Shown: piece after piece, positions 36,444 to 42,448 of the stretch
Numbering within the stretch: position 1 is the stretch's first letter
How the letters are laid out: each line of letters starts with the position of its first letter
From: a virus
Taxonomy: Duplodnaviria; Caudoviricetes
Virus record (IMG/VR): IMGVR_UViG_3300048861_000119
Coordinates: 1 to 42,448 of that record
DNA length: 42,448 bases
Direction: 5' to 3' (one strand)
Translations under genes and position numbers: made by a program
Notes under the pieces: generated by a model
The model's input: the letters and a program-made list of their open reading frames with translations, nothing else
Databases searched by the model: none
What the model was told of the DNA's origin: nothing

Positions 36444-36863
36444 ATGAAACCCACCAGCAGCACCCCCAATGCCGTGCTTTACGGCGCTTTCATATCCCTA
36501 GCCTCCGAACTGACCCGCGGCATTCCGCGCGAACTGCGCGCCTCCTTGGCAGGAACCATCCGCGGCCAATGCATCGCCGCAATGAACATGCTGGCCCTAC
36601 GCGCCGCGGGATCTCAGCAAGCGCCCGACGACATTGAATTGCTTTGCCGGCTCCGCACACTGCAAACCTTAGCGGCGGCGGCACACGCCCAGCGCATGAT
36701 TTCGGACAGGGCCGTCCGGCGCCTGGCTACGGTGCTCGACCAGGTCAGAAATGACATTAGCGCCGCTGCGCTCGATACCGCACCGGCCGGCCGCGAAATC
36801 CGCCTCGCCGCCGCCGTGGCCGCAACGGCGCCGCCGGCCGCTGCAGGCGGACAGCGCCCATGA
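36444..36863 (+). CDS. Divergent four-helix-bundle (Avd/IVP-like) protein
   Basis: LTRGIPRELRASLAGTIRGQC and RMIS resemble the PR...LG..IR..C and IS pattern of that family (by eye). Confidence 0.5.
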   Translation: MKPTSSTPNAVLYGAFISLASELTRGIPRELRASLAGTIRGQCIAAMNMLALRAAGSQQAPDDIELLCRLRTLQTLAAAAHAQRMISDRAVRRLATVLDQVRNDISAAALDTAPAGREIRLAAAVAATAPPAAAGGQRP

Positions 36864-37117
36864 CCGCCGAACTCAGTGCGATGGCCATCCCGATGGCAGA
36901 CGAGCTCGCGGCGATGGACCTGGTCAGCAGTGCTACCGCCCTGCTCATCGACAAAGTCTGCTGGCTCGACATTGCCCCTGAGCAGGGCGTTGCGTCGGCC
37001 CGCCCGATCCGCGATCGCGCCGTGACCTATCTCAGCTTGCGAGGGCGGCTCGCGCGCCACCCTCGTTTCCCCAATCTTGTCCGTATCCAGGGAGTGGAAC
37101 ATGTCCAATCCAGATAA
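36860..37117 (+). CDS. Hypothetical protein
   Basis: ATGA overlap with the upstream gene. Confidence 0.65.
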   Translation: MTAELSAMAIPMADELAAMDLVSSATALLIDKVCWLDIAPEQGVASARPIRDRAVTYLSLRGRLARHPRFPNLVRIQGVEHVQSR

Positions 37118-37463
37118 GCCCGTGTCGGCGTCCAGTCCCGTGGCTACAGCGATGACCGATCGCGAGCTGCTGCGCGACCATGAACTGCGTGGATTGATTC
37201 GCCCGTATCCGACACGGCCGACGAGCATTGCCGGGGCGATCCAGTCGAACCCGGCGACCTGGCAACCGGTCACCTACATGCTGTACACGCCGCACAAAGA
37301 CGGCACCGAAACCCTCCACATGTGCGAAGCCGAGGACGCAGGCGCCTTCCTCGTTTATCGCCTCGCAAGCGGCAAAGAGCAGGCCCAGGCCTCGAGCACC
37401 GCCAACGGGCCACGCCAGCCGAACGCCATCCCATACACCCCCGGCACAGAGGAGCGCCCATGA
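37101..37463 (+). CDS. Hypothetical protein
   Basis: RBS GGAG; operon-like spacing. Confidence 0.6.
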   Translation: MSNPDKPVSASSPVATAMTDRELLRDHELRGLIRPYPTRPTSIAGAIQSNPATWQPVTYMLYTPHKDGTETLHMCEAEDAGAFLVYRLASGKEQAQASSTANGPRQPNAIPYTPGTEERP

Positions 37464-38674
37464 ACATGGCAAAGCGCATTAACCCCGGCGCGCTTCTTCC
37501 ACGCTTTTATGGGATCGCATGGCGTGACTACGCCACCGACCAGGCTGTGTGCCTTCCCGTCCCGCTCAATGCTATCGGCGCCATGCTGCGCAGCTGCTGG
37601 ATCACCCTACGCAGCGGCTGGCGCGCGGTTCAGATGAATCCCCGAGACGCATTTCTGCAGGGACAGCGCTACGCGAACGAGGCTAACAAGGCGCGGCTCG
37701 CAGCCCAGGGCGCGGAGATACAGCAATTGTGCTGCGCGCTCCAGTTCTACGCTGATGGGGGGCATTTCCTGCTGTCAGACGATACGGCGTGGGACACTGT
37801 CTCCGGCGAACCTCAAAACCTTTGGTGCGATGAGGCCGGCACAGCGACCATCGAGGATGGCAGTATCGCAACGCACGCGCTTGGCGAGCATCTCACACGC
37901 AGCGGGCCTTTCGGCCACGGAGCCGAGAGGCTCGTGCGGTACTGCCCCGGCTGCGGCAGCGTCGGCCCAATCGAGGATACATATCAAGACTGCTGCCCTG
38001 ACGGTGGCGAAGCCCGCATGATCCCCGAGTCGCTCGCCGAAAAGTGCCGGAGCACTTTCAAGATCGCCGTGCAGGCGTTGTCGGCCGATGGCATACCGAA
38101 CGGCACCGGAAAAGCCGAAGCCATGGCGCTCCAGGCCATAGTGGACGCGCACGACGAGCTCTTCGTCCAAGCATGCTCGAATCCCATCCTAAACGCCTGG
38201 GGAAAGGAGCTATCGCTAGGAGCCTTCAACCGCGCTTATGAACTCGCAAGCGCTGCCTTGGCCCAGCGTCGGCGTGCGAGCCCAGCGCCCAACCTGCGGC
38301 AGCCGGTTTCCGGGGCGCAGGGCGGAGAGCAGGCGGCTTTTGATGCAGCATGGCCCAGAATCCATAAATTCGGAATCAGTGATGGCTGGATGGGCGTGGC
38401 GTGCGCCGCATGGAACGAACGCGCCGCCCTGGCCCGGCAGCAGGAAGGGGGAGATGCGGAGCTATCGGCCGATGATCTCGAGCTTTTCGCGTCGGCCTAC
38501 GAGCATTTCGAAGATGGGGTCGACACTACGACTGGCACCGCCGACCTGATGAAGTTCGTTCGCATTGGCCTACTCGAATGCACGCGGTTCGAAGTCACCG
38601 AAAAGGGCAACGCGGCATACGCCGCCAGCGCTCAGCGAGCCGCCGGCAGGCCGGAAGGGGACAAGCGTGAATAA
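37460..38674 (+). CDS. Mosaic hypothetical phage protein with a CxxC...CC element
   Basis: RBS GAGGAG, ATGA overlap; YCPGCGSVG...DCCPDG. Confidence 0.7.
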   Translation: MNMAKRINPGALLPRFYGIAWRDYATDQAVCLPVPLNAIGAMLRSCWITLRSGWRAVQMNPRDAFLQGQRYANEANKARLAAQGAEIQQLCCALQFYADGGHFLLSDDTAWDTVSGEPQNLWCDEAGTATIEDGSIATHALGEHLTRSGPFGHGAERLVRYCPGCGSVGPIEDTYQDCCPDGGEARMIPESLAEKCRSTFKIAVQALSADGIPNGTGKAEAMALQAIVDAHDELFVQACSNPILNAWGKELSLGAFNRAYELASAALAQRRRASPAPNLRQPVSGAQGGEQAAFDAAWPRIHKFGISDGWMGVACAAWNERAALARQQEGGDAELSADDLELFASAYEHFEDGVDTTTGTADLMKFVRIGLLECTRFEVTEKGNAAYAASAQRAAGRPEGDKRE

Positions 38675-39017
38675 GCCGATTTCCTACCGGGCACCGGCCT
38701 ACGCCTTGATATTTCCGCGCATCGCGGAGACTGTTCGCCCGCTGGGTTATGCCGCCGCTATTCACGGCAGCATGGCCAACGACCTCGATATCGTCCTGAT
38801 CCCCTGGACGGACGAGGCTGTTCCGCCCGAGCGAGTAGCGCAAGAGGTATATCAGATGATCGAGGCGTGCTTTGGGGAGCATCGTCTTGCGCTGCATGGG
38901 CCGGAGTTGAAGCCGCACGGGCGGCTGGCGTGGACTGTGCCATTGCTTGCCGGTTGCTCCGTAGACCTGAGCGTTATGCCCATCGACCAGCGTGCCGCTG
39001 TAAAGGGGGCACCGTGA
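38667..39017 (+). CDS. Minimal nucleotidyltransferase-like protein
   Basis: IHGSMANDLDIVLIP (GS-x3-DxD) plus a downstream VDLSV strand. Confidence 0.6.
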   Translation: MNKPISYRAPAYALIFPRIAETVRPLGYAAAIHGSMANDLDIVLIPWTDEAVPPERVAQEVYQMIEACFGEHRLALHGPELKPHGRLAWTVPLLAGCSVDLSVMPIDQRAAVKGAP

Positions 39018-39052
39018 TAAGCCCCCACGCATATACGCCGGCTAACCGCTCG

Positions 39053-39307
39053 CTAAACCACGCCCAAGACCGGTTCGCCGGTCGGCCGCACCGTCGCGAT
39101 TCCCATAAGTATGTACTTGCCGTGGCGGGCAGCGTCTATCGGTGTGGGAAGGCGCTTCGCTGGCCTACCCGTCCAGACGGTATTCCAGGTCCCATCGGAA
39201 ACGGGCTGCTTGGTGGAAAGCTCAACGTCATACCCATCCTTTTCCTGCACGATCCGAAGCGTGATCGCGTGTCCATCAACAATGCACGGGAATGTCGTCA
39301 TATGCAT
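39053..39307 (-). CDS. Hypothetical protein oriented against the operon
   Basis: RBS GAGGAG; AT-richer upstream gap. Confidence 0.6.
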   Translation of the reverse strand: MHMTTFPCIVDGHAITLRIVQEKDGYDVELSTKQPVSDGTWNTVWTGRPAKRLPTPIDAARHGKYILMGIATVRPTGEPVLGVV

Positions 39308-39560
39308 CTCCTCAGTTTTGGGAGCCACACATTACCGTTAATTCCGGCCGAGTTTGAAACGGTGAGAAATACACAAGAGCACGTCTACCACTTTGGATCG
39401 TATCTCCGGTTTAGGACAGACGTCCGAGCCACATGGGACGCGACGGCGGCGAGGATGTTCTGCTCACCTTCCGCGATGTGGGACGCGCTGCCGATGCACT
39501 GGGAGACGCTAATGCGCGATCGCCGTACCATATTGGCATGCCCCTTTTGGAGCAGCGGCC

Positions 39561-39779
39561 ATGCCCAACGAACCAAAGCTCATCGGTCCCTTCCCGCCCG
39601 AGGTAGCGCCGGTCCACGTCGGTTACTACCCACGCCAACACCCGTTCACGACCACCAAAGATTACTGGGACGGGTCGAAATGGGTGGATTGCGACATGGA
39701 AGGCAACCATCTGGACCTCCCGGCCCTCCGGTGGCCATGGTGGGGCCTTGCCGAGCCTTGGACGCCGGACGACGAATAA
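39561..39779 (+). CDS. Hypothetical protein
   Basis: RBS GGAG; GPFPPEVAPVHVGYY...YWDGSKW...WWGL. Confidence 0.65.
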   Translation: MPNEPKLIGPFPPEVAPVHVGYYPRQHPFTTTKDYWDGSKWVDCDMEGNHLDLPALRWPWWGLAEPWTPDDE

Positions 39780-39912
39780 CCGGACGTGAACCCGGCCAGC
39801 CCGATGGGACCCTTGTGGCGACCTCCGGATCATCCTGCCTGGTCCACAGCCCTTTGGTGCCAGATCGCCGCGACACAGTTCGATCGAGCGACGTGCTGCG
39901 AGAGGCGTGGAC

Positions 39913-40206
39913 ATGACCAAGGCCGAAATACGTGTAGATCCGATATACGTCGATCTGCCGACCGCGGCGGCAGTTGTGTCACTGTCGGAGGCGACGATCC
40001 AGGAAATGGTCCGTCAAGACGTGTTCCCCCGCCCGCGCGTGTTGTCGCCAAGGAGGGTCGGCTGGCTGTATCGCGAGTTGCTGGACTGGGCAGAGCAGCG
40101 CCCTCCGTCACATCTACTGCCACCGCCAAACACCGGTGCGAAGAAGCCCCGCAGGATCGCTACGAGGCTGCCACCAGGGTCTCCAGATAATCCGACAACT
40201 TCGTAA
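39913..40206 (+). CDS. AlpA-family excisionase / recombination directionality factor
   Basis: VSLSEATI..MVRQDVFPRPRVLSPRRVGWL..EL..W motif; convergent with the integrase. Confidence 0.88.
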   Translation: MTKAEIRVDPIYVDLPTAAAVVSLSEATIQEMVRQDVFPRPRVLSPRRVGWLYRELLDWAEQRPPSHLLPPPNTGAKKPRRIATRLPPGSPDNPTTS

Positions 40207-41446
40207 GCCATTCCCGCCGCTCCCTGTCATAGGTATGCCGGTTGTAGATCCCCTCTACACCCTTCAGGACGTGCCCAGTTATGACCTCGCCTACATCGCT
40301 AGGACAGCCCAGCGCCGCCAGAAAGGTCCGAGCAGTCCGCCGCAGATCGTGCGGGGCCCAGTGCGTGACCGTAAGCCGCGTTCTTTTGTGTTGCGGCGTG
40401 GTCTGGCAGTACGGTTGTTGATAGTACACACGGGTCTGAATAGATTTCTGTTCCCAATGACCAGACTTGCCATATGACGGGAACAGCCACCCAGTGGGAT
40501 GCGCGTCCAGGCGTCGTCGAACGATGGTCGCCGCGCGCCCCAGCAACGGCACCCGGTGGTCTGTCGCGTCCTCGATGTTTTGGTTTTTCGTCTTGGCTTT
40601 CGGTATGGTCCACCACAGACCATCCGCTTCCTTGCTGATCTCTTCCGCCCTCATGGGGCCAATTTCAGCGCCGCGTGTGCCGGTCCACAGGTAGAGCATC
40701 AGGAAGTCTTCGATATCGCGCGTGAAGTTTGGCATCCACCGGATCAAGGTACCCACTTCGGCAGGGGACAGCGAGCGCTTGACCTTGCCGCGCCTTTCGC
40801 CGTTGATCGTCTTTCCCTTGGATTTCAGCTTCCCTCGGAGAATCTCACGCCACCAATTAGGCACCGACTCGCCAAGCTCGCCAGCATCGTGACAATACTC
40901 CCAGGCTGAGCCTAGATTCCGGCGTAGATTTTGGGCCTGCACGGGAATGTGCGCGTAGGACTGGATAAACTCGAACGCCTGCGCGCGGGTCAGCGTCGCT
41001 GCCGACTCGTTGGCCAAGTCCCGCAGCATCGTATTGAACATCCGTCGGATCTCTTTCCGGCCCTTTTCGGCCCGGTGCAGATCGATATGCCCGGCCAGGT
41101 ATAGATCACAGACCTGGCGCACCGTAAGTACCCCACCGGCGCCCTGCTTTGCCTGCTCTCGCGCATCGCGGGTCGCCTGGCGCTGCACTTTCTTTTCCAG
41201 AGCGATATCTACGCCCTTGTCTCGAAGCTCGCGCTTTTCTTCCCAATCGGCCACGGCCGCATGAAAGGACATCGCTGGCCAGGCCCCGATCCTGACTTGC
41301 CGCATCCGCTCGTCGACCGGACTCTTGTATCGGTAGGTCCACGTGAACGCACGTTGCGTCCTGTTCAGCCGCAGCCCCGGATACTCTTCGATGGTAAGGT
41401 GTTGCCCTGGCTGAAGTTGCTTAGCTGCGCGAGCGTCAAAAGACAT
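40160..41446 (-). CDS. int: Tyrosine integrase with N-terminal arm-binding domain
   Basis: PGLRL...TWTYRY...IGAWP arm domain; TGTR, HDLRRT, GH and YNRH.Y catalytic motifs. Confidence 0.96.
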   Translation of the reverse strand: MSFDARAAKQLQPGQHLTIEEYPGLRLNRTQRAFTWTYRYKSPVDERMRQVRIGAWPAMSFHAAVADWEEKRELRDKGVDIALEKKVQRQATRDAREQAKQGAGGVLTVRQVCDLYLAGHIDLHRAEKGRKEIRRMFNTMLRDLANESAATLTRAQAFEFIQSYAHIPVQAQNLRRNLGSAWEYCHDAGELGESVPNWWREILRGKLKSKGKTINGERRGKVKRSLSPAEVGTLIRWMPNFTRDIEDFLMLYLWTGTRGAEIGPMRAEEISKEADGLWWTIPKAKTKNQNIEDATDHRVPLLGRAATIVRRRLDAHPTGWLFPSYGKSGHWEQKSIQTRVYYQQPYCQTTPQHKRTRLTVTHWAPHDLRRTARTFLAALGCPSDVGEVITGHVLKGVEGIYNRHTYDRERREWLTKLSDYLETLVAAS

Positions 41447-41461
41447 ATCCTGGCATCCTCC

Positions 41462-41532
41462 GGCGTAGGTTTTCGCAAGATGCTAGTTCAAGCAGCGTAA
41501 CTTCTCAAATCGACCCCAATAAAAGCTACGCT
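41462..41532. repeat. Putative integrase arm-type sites
   Basis: AACCTACGCC (41462-41471, minus), AAGTTACGCT (41494-41503, minus), AAGCTACGCT (41523-41532, plus). Confidence 0.7.
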
Positions 41533-41613
41533 AAACCGGTAAGTGTTGACGCGTTTTGTCGGGTGTCGCTGCGCCTCGACCCGATAACTAGATTGCCGTT
41601 CTACCCCCTGTAA

Positions 41614-42448
41614 ATGCCCGCCGCGCAAGACAAAACGCCGAAAACGCCAGTGGAAACCGATAATTCCATTTCCGGCCATACACCCATGATGCAGCAGTAC
41701 ATAAGGCTGAAGGCCGAAGCCGGCCCCCTGCTGCTGTTCTACCGCATGGGTGACTTCTATGAGATGTTCTATGAAGACGCCGAGCGCGGTGCCCGGCTGC
41801 TCAATCTGACCCTGACCAAGCGTGGCACGTCCAACGGCAGCCCCATTCCCATGGCGGGTGTGCCCGTGCACGCCATGGAGCAATACCTGGCCAAGCTGGT
41901 CGCGCTGGGCGAATCGATCGCCATCTGCGAACAGATCGGCGACCCGGCGGCATCGAAGGGACCGGTCGAACGCCGCATCGTACGCATCGTCACGCCCGGC
42001 ACGCTTACCGACGACGCCCTGCTGCCCGCCAAGGCGGATCGCTGCCTGGCGGCGGTCTTTCCCGGTGCCGGCCGCTCTCCGCGCGCCGGCCTGGCCTGGC
42101 TGAACCTGGCCAGCGGCGACTTCCACGTCACCGAATGCGCGCCCACGCAGATCGAATCCGAACTGCATCGCATCGCGCCCGCGGAAGTCGTCTACCCCGA
42201 AGGCACGGAGCTGCGGGTCGGCTTCGACGGTGCCCAGACGCGCGTGCCCGACTGGCATTTCGAAAGCGACGGCGCGCGCGCCCATCTGCTGGCGCATTTC
42301 CGTACCGACTCCCTGGCCGGCTTCGACGTCGAGGACATGCCGGCGGGTGTGCGTGCCGCGGGCGCGCTGCTGCGTTATGCCGCGCGCACCCAGTCGCAGG
42401 CCCTGTCGCACGTACAAGGCATCAGTGTCGACCGCCCGGGCCAGTACG
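41614..42448 (+). CDS. mutS: DNA mismatch repair protein MutS with a phage-supplied N-terminus (runs off the window end)
   Basis: [33 protein letters not shown] and [13 protein letters not shown] motifs. Start at ATG 41614 or GTG 41650. Absent from the ORF track, presumably because it has no stop in the window. Confidence 0.96.
   Translation, partial: MPAAQDKTPKTPVETDNSISGHTPMMQQYIRLKAEAGPLLLFYRMGDFYEMFYEDAERGARLLNLTLTKRGTSNGSPIPMAGVPVHAMEQYLAKLVALGESIAICEQIGDPAASKGPVERRIVRIVTPGTLTDDALLPAKADRCLAAVFPGAGRSPRAGLAWLNLASGDFHVTECAPTQIESELHRIAPAEVVYPEGTELRVGFDGAQTRVPDWHFESDGARAHLLAHFRTDSLAGFDVEDMPAGVRAAGALLRYAARTQSQALSHVQGISVDRPGQY
41671..41699 (+). repeat. attR (core ATGATGCAGCAGTA at 41686-41699)
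   Basis: Direct repeat of 99-127. Confidence 0.92.

Larger units (their letters stand above)
114..41699. mobile_element. Complete temperate siphovirus-like prophage (~41.6 kb) integrated in the 5' end of mutS
   Basis: Bounded by the direct repeat ATGATGCAGCAGTA (114-127 and 41686-41699). Contains integrase, excisionase, cI/cro, terminase, portal, capsid, tail and lysis genes. Confidence 0.95.

Noticed and set aside
38867-39916. 349-aa plus-strand ORF
   Set aside because: Overlaps three better-supported genes, starts at a non-ATG codon and has low-information composition.
41488-42417. 309-aa minus-strand ORF
   Set aside because: Antisense shadow of mutS, which is clearly encoded on the plus strand.
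1-42448. CRISPR arrays, tRNA/rRNA genes, insertion sequences
   Set aside because: No regularly spaced repeats, canonical tRNA cloverleaf or transposase recognised by eye.

Overview
The window is almost entirely one complete lambdoid (HK97-type head, long non-contractile tail) prophage of about 41.6 kb in a GC-rich betaproteobacterium (Bordetella/Achromobacter-like; an inference from composition and MutS sequence). It is integrated inside the 5' end of mutS. The original mutS start ([16 protein letters not shown]) is stranded at attL (81-128), and the phage rebuilds the gene at attR with its own N-terminus. Left to right: low-GC cargo (DUF2971, membrane protein), a repair-like module (SRAP; LexA box, small ORF, DUF3606, LigD-type ligase), lipoprotein, adenine methylase, lysis, tail, head and packaging genes (all minus strand), Q-like gene, replication region, cro/cI switch, early left operon (giant ParB, SSB, Avd-like protein), AlpA excisionase and tyrosine integrase. 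The best leads are: (1) no full replication initiator, helicase or primase, only an initiator C-terminal domain followed by a ~300-nt structured non-coding region ending in a ColE1-origin-like AGGGGGG-N10-AAAAAC motif; (2) a 16-bp palindrome, GTGCAGACGTCTGCAC, at three dispersed sites that could be parS for the orphan ParB; (3) a cloverleaf RNA antisense to the methylase leader; (4) a CI repressor lacking both catalytic residues. All family assignments come from motif recognition by eye; no searches or folding programs were run.
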